NCBI GenBank assembly: GCA_037380725.1
Contig: JARRRL010000047.1
Coordinates: 1 to 55,887, forward strand
Reading direction: 5' to 3'
DNA: 55,887 bases
Source of the DNA: Gammaproteobacteria bacterium
GTDB lineage: Bacteria > Pseudomonadota > Gammaproteobacteria > Pseudomonadales > JANQJO01
Shown: positions 44,170-55,887 of the stretch, one piece after another
Layout of the letters: the number at the start of each line of letters is the position of its first letter
Numbering within the stretch: the stretch's first letter is position 1
The notes under the pieces: model-generated
What the model saw: only the letters and a program-made list of their open reading frames with translations
Told to the model about the DNA's origin: nothing
Databases searched by the model: none
Program-made: the position numbers and the translations under genes

Positions 44170-46529
44170 ATGACTGAACAAACAGTTGAAAACCTCACAA
44201 AAACGCCATCACTGCGGCACCATTTACGTGAACACTGGTTAGCAGCCTTTTTGGTGGGCGTTCTGTTGATCACGATGGCTTCCTTTTGGCAGTACCACCG
44301 ATTTGTACCCACGTTTAATCAGCAAATGCACACCGTCATGTCTGTGGCCGCTCCACTGATCGAACAAGCCATGCAATACGGAGCCACCGATCAAGTCTCA
44401 GCCGCCCTCATCGGCCTCACCAATCATCCCAACATCATTTACGGTGTGGTTGTAGACGCTCAAGGCCAACGCATCGCCAAAATTAACCGCCAACCACAGC
44501 AACGCAGCACTCGCTGGTTAACCGAAACAGTGTTTTGCGTTATTTTGCCCATTCTGTTTGGTTTAAGTGCATTGAAAAGCGCAACGGAATCCCCCCACTC
44601 GTTATCACCTCACCTGATCTGAGCGCACGGAGACAGACATGTTGTATTGTCCACGATGAAATGGTCTTAACACCCAGCCTGGGTTTACTGACAAACCAAA
44701 TCAATCGGCTACTTGAGCAAGTAAACACCAACGTCATGCGGCGCGAACGCGCCGAAGATGATCTCAGGAAAAACCTGGCCAGCTTAGATTACATTGTCGC
44801 CGAACGCACAGAAGCGTTGCGAGACAGCAACAAACGACTCCAAACGCTCGTAACCACCATGGAATCGCGCATTGAACAAACGGAAACGGTGGCGCAATTG
44901 CGCCTTGATTTTCTTACCATCATGGGACACGAAATCAAGACCAACCTAACAGGTTTGAGCACTCTATTGGCCAGCGAAATCGACAATTTACAAAACAACC
45001 ATCACACCCAAAACCTGCAAGTCGTCCACAACTCAGAACACTTTTTGCTTCAAATGATCGACGACATTCTCGATCTGTCCCGACTCGACGCCAGCAAACT
45101 CAAACTCAAGCACCGCCAATTTGACCTAGGAGAATTGATTGAGCAAGTCACGTCCTTGCATCACGCTGAAGCCCGCCTCAAAGGCGTAGAATTGTACAGT
45201 GCTATCCCAGCGAATTTTCCCTGCGTGTTCATCGGCGATGACGCACGCATTCGACAAATACTCAATACCCTCACTCTCAACATCCTGACATTTTCCGATC
45301 ACGGTGAATTATGCCTTTCCGTGGAGCAACGCGATGAACAAACGGTCGTCATTCGCATACAGGACAGCGGCATCAGCATCGCCGCCGACGCCTTCAACGC
45401 TATTTTCAAACCCATATCCAGTGACCTTGATCTGGGTACAGGCGTCACACTCAATGATTGGGGTCTGACACTGGTGAATCGACTGCTCAGTTTGATGAAC
45501 GCGACCGCCGAGTTGAAACACGATACCTCGTGCTACGAATTAGCGATCACCATCCCACTGCGAGAATTTCGACACGAATTCGATGATGAACTGAGTCTCG
45601 ACAAACTGAACGACTTGCATATTACGGTCATCAGTACTGCGCCATCCTCAGGCACACGCATACTTTTACGTTATTTAAATGGGTGGTCAACACACGTTCA
45701 CCACATTCAAAAAGTGCCGGTATCCGACTACAGCCCAGAAGAAATCAATCGCATTATCAACAGTGATTTTTGCATTGTTGATCAGTTAAACTCGATCACG
45801 GCGTTAAACGATCAACTGCATGCACTCAGCATCACTCAACGCACACGCTATCTGCTGCTGGCTGAAGCGCAGCATTTTCCCAGTACCGATACCATACAAG
45901 CTCTGAATATCACGAGCGTCTTACCACTGCCGCTGCACCGCCGCCCCTTACTGACCACGCTCTTATTACATACACACGCCTCACCCGCTACACCCGAACA
46001 ATCCACCGCACAAACATCCACCGCACAAGCTGCTGTATCACAACCCGTTACACAAGCCGTAACACAAGCCGACACAATGGAAAACCCGCTCGCATGGATA
46101 CATCAAGAAAAGGAATTACATGTGCTGCTGGTTGAGGACAATCCCATCAGCGCCATGCTGTACAACACCTTACTTCGAAACATGCATTGTCGTATCTTGA
46201 ACGCTCAAAACGGTATGGAAGCGCTCGAACTGATCCCCTCAGGCCCTTTTGACATCATTTTTATGGATTGTCATATGCCCGAAATGGACGGTTACGAAGC
46301 CACCGCGCTGATTCGAGAATCGTTATCCGAAGAAAAGCTCCCTATCATCGCCCTGACGGCAGACACCAGTCATCAGAATCGAAATCACTGCCGACAAGCC
46401 GGCATGAATGATCTACTCCAAAAACCGAGCTCACAAGCGGAATTAGCATCCATGCTCGACACGTGGATCTGGCATCGTCACGACAAAATACAGCATGGCT
46501 ATCCCGTCACGGACCGCCATCCAACGTAA
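44170..46529 (+). pseudogene. hybrid sensor histidine kinase / response regulator, reading frame broken by a 1-nt frameshift in a C6 run
   Basis: ORF 44170..44622 holds TM1 (LAAFLVGVLLITMASFW) and the sensor region, ending ...LKSATESPHSLSPHLI*. The ORF at 44535..46529 reads ...NGIPPLVITSPDLS.... The two frames cross at cccccc (44591..44596). Downstream lie a coiled coil, a HisKA H-box (FLTIMGHEIKTNLTG), a degenerate HATPase region (DSGISI..., WGLTLVNRL) and a C-terminal receiver domain (VLLVEDNPIS...IIFMDCHMPEMDG...IIALTAD...K). Confidence 0.7.
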
Positions 46530-46545
46530 CTCCAACGTTAGGTCA

Positions 46546-49182
46546 TTACGTCAGCTCAACGGGCGGTGGCGCTAACACTTCCCGACTGCCGTTGGTTCCC
46601 ATCGTACTGACAACCCCCGCTGACTCCATCATTTCAATCATGCGAGCCGCTCGGTTGTATCCGATTTTCAGCTTTCGCTGTACCGAAGAAATGGAAGCCC
46701 GGCGCGTTTCCGTCACAAAGCGCACGGCTTCATCATACAAGGGTTCACTGTTTTCACCATCTTGATCATAACCACCCGGCATGTACGTACCTGGAATCTC
46801 CTCCAATTGGCCATCTCGCACTTCATCGAGGTAGTCCGGCTCACCACGCGCACGCCAATCATCGCAAATGCGATGCACTTCTTCGTCCGACACAAATGCG
46901 CCGTGCACCCGCATTGGCAAACCCGTACCAGGCGGTAGATACAACATATCACCATGTCCCAGCAGCTGCTCAGCACCGCCTTGATCCAAGATTGTGCGCG
47001 AATCCACTTTACTGGATACTTGAAACGCAATACGGGTCGGCACATTTGCCTTGATCAAGCCTGTAATCACGTCCACGGACGGTCGTTGGGTTGCCAAAAT
47101 CAAATGAATACCCGCTGCACGCGCTTTTTGTGCGATACGCGCAATCAATTCCTCCACTTTTTTGCCGACAATCATCATCATGTCGGCGAATTCATCAACC
47201 ACAACCACAATCTTAGGTAACATTTCCAAATCCGGTGCCAAGTCCGGCTCAGCCGACTCCCCGTCTTTCACGAGACTCACCCCCGCAGTGGTGGGCATCG
47301 ATTTAAACAATGGATCTTTGATGGGTTCGCCTTTCTCAATGGCTTCGTGCACTTTGCGGTTATAACCCGCGATGTTGCGCACCCCCAGTGAAGCCATCAA
47401 TTTGTAGCGACGCTCCATCTCCGCCACACACCAGCGCAGCGCATTCGCCGCCTCTTTCATGTCGGTTACCACGGGCGATAACAAATGCGGTATGTCGTCA
47501 TATATGGACAATTCCAGCATTTTTGGATCGATCATGATTAAACGCAATTCATGGGGCGTGGCTTTCATCAACATACTGATTAACATCGCGTTCAAACCGA
47601 CCGACTTACCCGAACCCGTCGTGCCCGCCACCAGCAAATGCGGCATACGGGCCAAATCCGCCACAATGGGATACCCTGCTATGTCTTTACCCAGGCTTAA
47701 AGTCAGCGCAGACTCAGCGGCCTCGTAGACCTCCGACGACACGACTTCGCGCAAACGAATCACTTCACGAACGGTATTGGGGATTTCGATACCCACCACC
47801 GTTTTCCCGGGAATAACTTCCACCACACGCACGCTGATCACGGCCAGTGAACGCGCCAAATCTTTCGCTAAATTACTAATCCTACTTACTTTAATACCAG
47901 GCGCCGGCTGGATTTCAAACCGCGTAATCACAGGACCCGGCAGCACAGTCTCCACCGTTGCTTCAATGCCAAAGTCTTTCAGCTTCGCCACCAACGTTTC
48001 GGACAATTGTTTTAAATCTTGCTCGGAGAAACCTTGTGGCCCTTGATCATCGGGTGGATCCAATAATTCAATGCTTGGCGCATCATGACTCCCCAATTTG
48101 TTAAAGATCCGTCGGCGGCGTGTACGCGTTTTCTTTCGTCCACCTTCGTCACCTTCCTTCCGCGTCGTAGCCGCAGACGCCATAATAATCGCCCCACCAC
48201 ATGACGCCGTTGCTTGTTCCGGCACCGTCGGCGCTAAGCGTGGCACATCAACCACTTCAGCGTTTACGCTGCTCTGCGCCTCACGTCGATGCGCTCGAAA
48301 CTTTTCAACGCCTTTTCGCGTTGCGCCACTCATCACGCGCCCCAAAAACGGAAACATCGGCGCCAATCGGTGTGCAGCAAAGCTCAATACTTCCAACCAT
48401 GAAATTTCGAACACCAAGGTTAAACCAATCAACAAGGCCGCCGCCCACAATAACCGAGCGCTGGTCGGATTAAACATATTGTTTGATTTCAGCGCCAAGG
48501 CGGATCCCAACAAACCGCCCGGAGAACCACCGGGTGCGCCAGGCAGAGGTGAAAACGGCGTCACGAGCACCAATTCCGCCAGTGAGGCGCTGGCGGCAAC
48601 CAATACAATAATGCCGATGATCTGCATCAACACAATCACGGCTGTGTAACTGCGTTTACGCGGCCAAATCATTTCAATAATCACGGCAACGATGGTCAAC
48701 GGTACGCTGTACGCCACATAACCCACCATGGTTAATAACACATCCGCAATTAAGGCCCCCACACGCCCACCGTCGTTATGCACCATCGTTTCATGTGCGA
48801 GCACATTAAACCCAGGATCACCCGCATCAAAGGTCACCAATGAAATAAACAAATACAAGGCAATCGTAGCCAGCAACAGCACAACACACTCTTTAAGTAA
48901 GCGCCGTACACGATTCGTCCACGAAAGTTGTTCGGTCGCTTGTTGCATCGACGCCAGCGTCTCTTGCGCCGGACTGGGTTCTGAGGAGCTCTGTGCGCTC
49001 GTTTCAGCGGACTTGGAGTCCGTAGACTTCGACTCACTCGCCGACTTACGCCGCTTTCGAGCACGCGGTTTAGGCGACTCCTCTGCCGATTGACTCCCAC
49101 TCGCTTCCGTCACTTCCGACTGGTTCACGTCTTCGACTTGCCCCTCATCGTTCTTCCCCACAACCCCTCCAAGCCCAGCCAA
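46546..49182 (-). CDS. ftsK: DNA translocase FtsK
   Basis: 878 aa with N-terminal TM helices and a linker. The motor domain has Walker A ([14 protein letters not shown]) and [11 protein letters not shown]. The C-terminal gamma domain reads [31 protein letters not shown]. The start is uncertain: TTG 49182 gives an ~80-aa Ser/Glu/Lys-rich leader. Confidence 0.9.
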   Translation of the reverse strand: MAGLGGVVGKNDEGQVEDVNQSEVTEASGSQSAEESPKPRARKRRKSASESKSTDSKSAETSAQSSSEPSPAQETLASMQQATEQLSWTNRVRRLLKECVVLLLATIALYLFISLVTFDAGDPGFNVLAHETMVHNDGGRVGALIADVLLTMVGYVAYSVPLTIVAVIIEMIWPRKRSYTAVIVLMQIIGIIVLVAASASLAELVLVTPFSPLPGAPGGSPGGLLGSALALKSNNMFNPTSARLLWAAALLIGLTLVFEISWLEVLSFAAHRLAPMFPFLGRVMSGATRKGVEKFRAHRREAQSSVNAEVVDVPRLAPTVPEQATASCGGAIIMASAATTRKEGDEGGRKKTRTRRRRIFNKLGSHDAPSIELLDPPDDQGPQGFSEQDLKQLSETLVAKLKDFGIEATVETVLPGPVITRFEIQPAPGIKVSRISNLAKDLARSLAVISVRVVEVIPGKTVVGIEIPNTVREVIRLREVVSSEVYEAAESALTLSLGKDIAGYPIVADLARMPHLLVAGTTGSGKSVGLNAMLISMLMKATPHELRLIMIDPKMLELSIYDDIPHLLSPVVTDMKEAANALRWCVAEMERRYKLMASLGVRNIAGYNRKVHEAIEKGEPIKDPLFKSMPTTAGVSLVKDGESAEPDLAPDLEMLPKIVVVVDEFADMMMIVGKKVEELIARIAQKARAAGIHLILATQRPSVDVITGLIKANVPTRIAFQVSSKVDSRTILDQGGAEQLLGHGDMLYLPPGTGLPMRVHGAFVSDEEVHRICDDWRARGEPDYLDEVRDGQLEEIPGTYMPGGYDQDGENSEPLYDEAVRFVTETRRASISSVQRKLKIGYNRAARMIEMMESAGVVSTMGTNGSREVLAPPPVELT

Positions 49183-49429
49183 CAGCCGGTTCTGTACCCC
49201 ATAAAGTCATCAGTTTATACCACACAGCAAAACCACTCGAATTCATCCATCTACCGCACAACGTCTGCATCGGGTATTTGCTCACCAAACCATCGCACAA
49301 AAACCCTTACAGCTCAAAACGGTTAACCGACAAAGCGCACGACAAAAGACACACAGCCCAACGCCTCCTTTACGCCCGTTCTACACCACCTTATGGTAAC
49401 GCACTCACTTTGTGTTACCCTTAATAACT

Positions 49430-50499
<1,070 letters not shown>

Positions 50500-50580
50500 T
50501 CTATATAGTCTAGGCGCAGTGCTTGGCGCACCGCCCCGATTGCGAGCCCTAACCCATAAGATTTCGGCAAAAGCGATGCT

Positions 50581-51438
50581 ATGGTAGACGTTCCAGTACT
50601 TTCTCCTTTTTCCGTTGGTTTCCCACCGCCTGAAACAGCTTTACAGGAACCCAACGGATTGCTTGCAATCGGTGGCGATTTAACATCCGAACGATTACTA
50701 AACGCCTACCGTACGGGCATTTTTCCTTGGTTTAACGAGAATCAACCTATCCTATGGTGGTCGCCGCACCCTCGGACAGTCCTGTTTCCGGATCATTTTC
50801 TCTGTTCGCGTTCTTTACGAAAACGGCTGCACAATTCAAGATTCAGTGTCTGCTGCGATCAGCAATTTGAAGCGGTGGTTCGAGCGTGTGCAGAACCCCG
50901 TTCCTATGCTGACAGCACCTGGATCAGTGAAGAGATGCTTGCGGCTTATTGCGCCTTGCATGAAAAAGGCTGGGCACACTCAGTGGAAACGTACTTAGAC
51001 GGGGTTTTGGTTGGTGGTTTATACGGCGTGTCCATTGGTCGATTGTTTTTTGGCGAGTCAATGTTTACCAAAGCAACGGATGCTTCAAAAGTGGCTTTAG
51101 CCACCACAGTCGCTCAACTCAAGCACTGCGGCTTTCCGATCATTGACTGCCAGATGCCCAACCCTCACCTGACGAGTCTAGGTGCAATGGAAATTTCACG
51201 TACAACGTTTCTCGCTTACTTACACGAACACATCGACCACTCACCAAACGAAAACCCCTGGCGCAAACCCTGGATTCAGCCTCAGCACTTATACCGCCAC
51301 ACAACAAACCCCGCTTCACACGCACCATCACATACACCGCCACACGCACCAAGTACCAGAACCCAGCCTATTAACACCGAAACGGCTACCAATACAACCA
51401 CCATGAACGCTGCAAGCATCAACAATGACCACCGATAA
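50581..51438 (+). CDS. aat: leucyl/phenylalanyl-tRNA--protein transferase with a ~50-aa low-complexity C-terminal tail
   Basis: FPPPETALQEPNGLLAIGGDLTSERLLNAYRTGIFPWF..., ILWWSPHPR, GGLYGVSIGRLFFGESMF and DCQMPNPHLTSLGA match Aat. The tail HTTNPASHAPSHTPPHAPSTRTQPINTETATNTTT... overlaps the ate start by 14 nt. Confidence 0.9.
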   Translation: MVDVPVLSPFSVGFPPPETALQEPNGLLAIGGDLTSERLLNAYRTGIFPWFNENQPILWWSPHPRTVLFPDHFLCSRSLRKRLHNSRFSVCCDQQFEAVVRACAEPRSYADSTWISEEMLAAYCALHEKGWAHSVETYLDGVLVGGLYGVSIGRLFFGESMFTKATDASKVALATTVAQLKHCGFPIIDCQMPNPHLTSLGAMEISRTTFLAYLHEHIDHSPNENPWRKPWIQPQHLYRHTTNPASHAPSHTPPHAPSTRTQPINTETATNTTTMNAASINNDHR

Positions 51439-52168
51439 CTCTGCAAGCGGCTTGAACCCACTCGCCACATTGCGATTTTTTGCTACACCAACTCACCCCT
51501 GTTCGTACCTAAACCGGGACGATGCCACGACCTTGTTCGTCGACCCAAAACTGCCGCTAAACCAAGATATCTATAGCCTTCTCAATGAAAAAGGTTTTCG
51601 TCGCAGTGGCAGTTACGTGTATCGACCACACTGTAAACAGTGCTCGGCCTGCATACCCGTACGCATCTCCATCGCCGAATACCAGCCGTCTAAGCGGCAT
51701 AAACGCATCATAAAGCGAAACGCCGATTTAGTGTGTCGATTGGCGCCGGCGCACTTCTCACAGACTCACTACGCCCTATACGCCCGCTACATTTCCCTAC
51801 GACACAGCGATGGCGATATGTTCCCCCCCACTGAAGATCAATACACGTCCTTCATACTCAGTGATTGGGCCGGAACTCAGTTTCTAGAATTTTTGGATGA
51901 AGATCGACTGGTCGCGGTGGCCGTAATGGACCAACTCAACAAGGGATTGTCCGCCATATACACATTCTTTGACCCAATGGCGCATTCGCGCAGCTTAGGT
52001 GTTTACGCCATACTGAAGCAAATTGACTTGTGCAAGCAACGAGCTTTACCCCACTTGTATCTGGGCTACTGGGTGAAAAACTGTCGTAAAATGAGCTATA
52101 AAAATGAATTTCAAGCTCTGGAAGCCTTTCGAAATCATAAATGGGAACCTCTGGACACCTCGTTTTGA
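51425..52168 (+). CDS. ate: arginyl-tRNA--protein transferase (bacterial Bpt/Ate)
   Basis: FFATPTHPCSYL, GFRRSGSYVYRPHCKQCSACIPVRI, LSAIYTFFDP, YLGYWV and SYKNEFQALE are typical of Ate/Bpt. The gene lies directly downstream of aat, as in other gammaproteobacteria. Confidence 0.9.
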   Translation: MTTDNSASGLNPLATLRFFATPTHPCSYLNRDDATTLFVDPKLPLNQDIYSLLNEKGFRRSGSYVYRPHCKQCSACIPVRISIAEYQPSKRHKRIIKRNADLVCRLAPAHFSQTHYALYARYISLRHSDGDMFPPTEDQYTSFILSDWAGTQFLEFLDEDRLVAVAVMDQLNKGLSAIYTFFDPMAHSRSLGVYAILKQIDLCKQRALPHLYLGYWVKNCRKMSYKNEFQALEAFRNHKWEPLDTSF

Positions 52169-52428
52169 TACGTTTTGCAACCCAGGCCTGTAACACAGGA
52201 GATGCTATGCTGATAGGACCGCTGTAATGACAAGCACTTAACTCAATTATCAACTGATGGCTAATCGGTCTCTGATCAGCAAATTCTGTTTCCCATTGCA
52301 GTTACCACTGGACGTTTACGCGCAATCCACTACAATGAGCACCTCGGATGTCAACCCGCCCGGCGCATCTTCATCATGGTAAACAGCATAACATTTGAGT
52401 CTTAACAGGAAAAAGGTAAGTTTTTCTC

Positions 52429-52713
52429 ATGGCTAAAGAAGAAAACATCGAAATGGAAGGTGAGGTCGTTGAGACCTTACCAAATACAACTTTCAGAGTT
52501 AAGCTTGATAACGGTCACGTTATTATTGCTCATATTTCTGGGCGTATGCGTAAAAACTACATTCGAATCTTAACCGGTGATCGCGTAAAAGTGGATATAT
52601 CGCCATATGATGTGACCAAGGGGCGTATCACCTACCGTGGCAACGACTCCCGTCAACAACGTTCCAACACAACAGCAACGGACACGCCACAGAACACCGA
52701 TCAAGCGTCCTGA
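52429..52713 (+). CDS. infA: translation initiation factor IF-1 with a 22-24-aa C-terminal extension
   Basis: [70 protein letters not shown] is near-identical in pattern to the 72-aa E. coli IF-1. The ORF then continues [24 protein letters not shown]. Confidence 0.9.
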   Translation: MAKEENIEMEGEVVETLPNTTFRVKLDNGHVIIAHISGRMRKNYIRILTGDRVKVDISPYDVTKGRITYRGNDSRQQRSNTTATDTPQNTDQAS

Positions 52714-52813
52714 TAACTCAGACAGTTTTTTATTGCACACATGACACAGCATTTGCTCGCCATATCTCCCAACGAAGCGCCAAAGCACAACACTCAGCGC
52801 TCCATCATACTGA

Positions 52814-52849
52814 TTTTTTGACGAATTCAGCTTTTTTGACGAATTCAAA
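52814..52849. repeat. 18-nt tandem duplication (ttttttgacgaattcagc / ttttttgacgaattcaaa) between infA and clpA
   Basis: Read directly: 52814..52831 and 52832..52849. Confidence 0.85.
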
Positions 52850-52952
52850 ATCAGTCTGTGTGTTAAAATCAAGTGGCCCCAAAGAACGCGCTTTCGAGTT
52901 CGACACTTTCGTGTTAAACAGAAGCTCGGTCTTTGTGCTGGAGGTGTGCTGC

Positions 52953-55223
52953 TTAACGTGACTGGATATCGAAGATAAGCGCATCATCTTCTTCGTCTAC
53001 AAAGACCTCTCCGCCCGATATCAACTTTCCGAACAGAATTTCCTCGGCCAGTGGTTTTCTCACCAGATCTTGAATCAAGCGACTCATGGGTCGTGCACCC
53101 AGTTTTTCATCATAACCACGTATCGCTAACCATTTCTTCGCTTTTTCCGATGCATTGATGGTGACTTTCTTCTCGTCTAACTGTGTTTGCAGTTCAACCA
53201 GGAACTTATCCACCACATTCTTAATGACCGTTGTATCCAATGGACGAAACTGGATAATCGCGTCCAAACGGTTTCGAAATTCAGGCGTAAAGAATTTTTT
53301 AATAAACTCAGCACTGTCACAAAAATGATCCTGTTTGGTGAACCCAATCGACGAACGAGACATTTGTTCGGCGCCAGCATTGGTGGTCATCACCAAAATG
53401 ACATTTCGAAAATCCGCCTTACGACCATTGTTATCCGTTAAGGTGCCATGATCCATCACTTGCAACAGCAAGTTAAACACTTCAGGGTGCGCCTTTTCGA
53501 TCTCATCGAGTAAGAGCACACAGTGGGGTTGCTTGGTGACAGCCTCGGTCAACAAACCACCTTGATCGTAGCCCACATACCCTGGCGGAGCACCGATTAA
53601 ACGACTTACGGTGTGCCGCTCCATGTATTCAGACATATCAAAACGCAGTAATTCAACTCCCATCGTACGTGACAACTGCCGCGTCACTTCCGTTTTACCC
53701 ACGCCCGTCGGACCCGCAAACAGGAAACAACCAACGGGTTTTCCCGGTACACCCAAGCCTGCGCGCGCCATTTTTATGGCTGTACACACTTTATCAATGG
53801 CTTCTTCCTGACCAAAAACAGTGAGTTTCAAATCTCGTTCTAAATTGCGCAACACTTCTTTATCGGAAGCCGATACGGTTTTTGCAGGTACACGCGTTAT
53901 TTTTGCAACCACCTGCTCGATATCAGACACCCCAATGACTTTTTTACGCTTACTGGGGGCCAAGAGCTGCTGATACGCCCCCGCTTCATCAATCACATCA
54001 ATGGCCTTATCGGGCAAATGCCGATCGTTAATGTATCGTCCCGCTAACTCAGCCGCCGCGTGCAATGATTTTTCAGTAAATCGCACATTGTGGTGATCCT
54101 CAAAGTGCGGTTTCAAGCCTTTCAAAATTTGAATGGTGGCCTCAATGGATGGTTCTTCCACATCGATTTTCTGGAAACGCCGCGCCAAAGCGCGATCTTT
54201 TTCAAAAATACCTCGGTACTCCGTAAACGTGGTGGAACCCACACATTTAATATTGCCTGAGGCCAGCATCGGCTTAAGCAAATTCGAGGCGTCCATCACG
54301 CCGCCACTGGCCGCACCCGCACCAATAATGGTATGAATCTCATCAATGAACAAAATGGCGCGTTCTTTCTTTTGCAGTTCACCCAGCAGTAATTTAAAGC
54401 GTTTTTCAAAGTCGCCTCGGTATTTCGTACCCGCCAACAAGGCGCCCAAATCCAAAGCGTAAACGGTATAGCCTGAAATGGCTTCCGGTACGTTTTCTTC
54501 CACGATGAGTCGCGCCAACCCTTCCGCAATGGCCGTTTTACCCACACCCGGCTCACCAACATAGAGAGGATTATTTTTGCGTCGTCGACACAAAATTTGA
54601 GTGGTGCGCGCCAATTCATCTTCTCGCCCCACTAAGGGATCAATTTTACCCAAAGTCGCTTGCTCATTCAGGTTGGTGGCATACGCTTCCAAGGGACTGC
54701 GCGATGGCGCATCGGTAGCAGTACTTTCCTCTTCGCCACCGTGTTCCGGAGCACCGGGATCAATTTGATGGGTGTGATGATCATCGGACACTTTCGAAAT
54801 GCCGTGGGCAATGTAATTGACCACATCAATACGAGCAACACTTTGTTTTTTAAGAAAATATACTGCTTGGCTTTCTTGCTCGCTGAAAATAGCCACCAGC
54901 ACATTTGCGCCAGTCACTTCTTTTTTGCCCGAAGACTGGACATGGAAAACGGCGCGCTGCAACACCCGCTGGAAACCGAGCGTCGGTTGCGTTTCCCGTT
55001 CCGTATCCGAAGCAGGAATCAGTGGAGTCGTCTCATCCACAAAATGCATGAGTTCTGAACGCAATTCATCCATATTCGCGCCGCAAGCTTTGAGCACACG
55101 TGCCGCCGAATCGTTATCGAGAAGCGCTAACAGTAAGTGCTCAACCGTCATATATTCGTGACGCTTAGAGCGGGCTTCCCGAAAGGCCAGATTCAGAGTC
55201 ACCTCAAGATCTTTGCTCAACAT
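52953..55223 (-). CDS. clpA: ATP-dependent Clp protease ATP-binding subunit ClpA
   Basis: 756 aa. The N-domain begins MLSKDLEVTLNLAFREARSKRHEYMTVEHLLLALL. There are two AAA+ modules with Walker A motifs, GEPGVGKTAIAEGL and GPTGVGKTEVTRQL. It lies downstream of clpS. Confidence 0.95.
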   Translation of the reverse strand: MLSKDLEVTLNLAFREARSKRHEYMTVEHLLLALLDNDSAARVLKACGANMDELRSELMHFVDETTPLIPASDTERETQPTLGFQRVLQRAVFHVQSSGKKEVTGANVLVAIFSEQESQAVYFLKKQSVARIDVVNYIAHGISKVSDDHHTHQIDPGAPEHGGEEESTATDAPSRSPLEAYATNLNEQATLGKIDPLVGREDELARTTQILCRRRKNNPLYVGEPGVGKTAIAEGLARLIVEENVPEAISGYTVYALDLGALLAGTKYRGDFEKRFKLLLGELQKKERAILFIDEIHTIIGAGAASGGVMDASNLLKPMLASGNIKCVGSTTFTEYRGIFEKDRALARRFQKIDVEEPSIEATIQILKGLKPHFEDHHNVRFTEKSLHAAAELAGRYINDRHLPDKAIDVIDEAGAYQQLLAPSKRKKVIGVSDIEQVVAKITRVPAKTVSASDKEVLRNLERDLKLTVFGQEEAIDKVCTAIKMARAGLGVPGKPVGCFLFAGPTGVGKTEVTRQLSRTMGVELLRFDMSEYMERHTVSRLIGAPPGYVGYDQGGLLTEAVTKQPHCVLLLDEIEKAHPEVFNLLLQVMDHGTLTDNNGRKADFRNVILVMTTNAGAEQMSRSSIGFTKQDHFCDSAEFIKKFFTPEFRNRLDAIIQFRPLDTTVIKNVVDKFLVELQTQLDEKKVTINASEKAKKWLAIRGYDEKLGARPMSRLIQDLVRKPLAEEILFGKLISGGEVFVDEEDDALIFDIQSR

Positions 55224-55266
55224 CGTCTATCCCTTCCTGTCCAAATGCGAAGAACAACCTATTTTG

Positions 55267-55635
55267 TTACGGCTCCGCTTGTTTAACCTCACACAGCAAA
55301 GGGTGTTGATGCTCTCGCGCCAAACGATTCACCTGAGCGGTTTTCGTTTCCGCAATATCCTTCGTGTATGTGCCACAAACAGCTTGGCCCTTAGTATGAA
55401 CGGTCAACATGATCTGAGTGGCCTTTTCAGTGGGCAGGTGAAATATTTGCTGCAAAACCTCAACCACAAAATCCATCGGTGTAAAATCATCGTCCAACAT
55501 GATGACCGAATACATGGGTGGGGGTTGAAGCTCTTCCCTAACCTCCGCCAACGCCAGGTCTTGCTCATACCCCACGTCAGTTTGCTCGCCGTCCCTTTGA
55601 TTTAATGTTAGATGAAGATGAGCAGTTTTACTCAT
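55267..55635 (-). CDS. clpS: ATP-dependent Clp protease adaptor ClpS
   Basis: The core PPMYSVIMLDDDFTPMDFVVEVLQQIFHLPTEKATQIMLTVHTKGQAVCGTYTKDIAETK is the conserved ClpS fold sequence. The gene lies immediately upstream of clpA. Confidence 0.9.
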   Translation of the reverse strand: MSKTAHLHLTLNQRDGEQTDVGYEQDLALAEVREELQPPPMYSVIMLDDDFTPMDFVVEVLQQIFHLPTEKATQIMLTVHTKGQAVCGTYTKDIAETKTAQVNRLAREHQHPLLCEVKQAEP

Positions 55636-55887
55636 AACCAGAACTTATAATCTCCGTGGACATTATGGGTAAACAGTACTTGAACACGTTAGGACCTCCA
55701 CTTTGTGATTAAAAGGCCCGTTCTGCGTCAATTTACTGCGCCTTGTTTACCGTCATTCTACTACATTGACGCCGTAATCAGCACGATCTGTACGAAATGA
55801 AATCAACACGCCGTGCATCACTACAGCATACAACACGAACACAGCAAATGAATCATTAAAATCCACCCCTTACCCAATCGATCACTC

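Overview
This 55.9-kb window is chromosomal DNA from a gammaproteobacterium. I could not run any database search, so the taxon stays open. The right end (46.5-55.6 kb) is a conserved housekeeping block, ftsK / trxB / aat-ate / infA / clpA-clpS, in the same order I recall for Pseudomonas-type genomes. The left end carries a type IV pilus minor-pilin operon in a non-canonical order (pilY1-fimT-pilV-pilW), divergent from a PilZ gene. Between them, core genes (rraA, nfuA, yaaA, pgl, tRNA-Glu, an OmpA/TSP3 porin, an ABC1 kinase, a DUF1993 protein) alternate with accessory genes that are often visibly AT-richer. The accessory genes are a LysM protein with a small membrane partner, two large orphan lipoproteins, a secreted S1/P1 nuclease, an ankyrin-repeat protein, a SPOR lipoprotein, a DUF4124-trypsin protease, a GT-C-like membrane protein and several low-complexity hypothetical proteins. 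The most unusual locus is at 25.5-31.9 kb. It holds a tandem pair of ~1000-aa paralogous proteins with an unassigned ~30-aa helical repeat scaffold, a conserved C-terminal Cys/His-containing domain and a C-terminal hexapeptide repeat. They share a conserved upstream direct-repeat motif, and a relic of an RND-transporter gene lies between them. I read these as candidate translocated effectors or toxins of an undescribed family. Three window-wide oddities also stand out. Many perfect 12-18-nt tandem duplications occur both inside genes and immediately upstream of accessory genes. Three genes (beta-helix protein, RND/MMPL transporter, hybrid histidine kinase) are each broken by a 1-nt frameshift at a homopolymer run. 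Low-complexity tails are appended to otherwise conserved housekeeping proteins (IF-1, Aat, FtsK, ABC1 kinase). I saw no rRNA, CRISPR array, transposase or integrase. All calls rest on reading the sequence and recognising motifs by eye.
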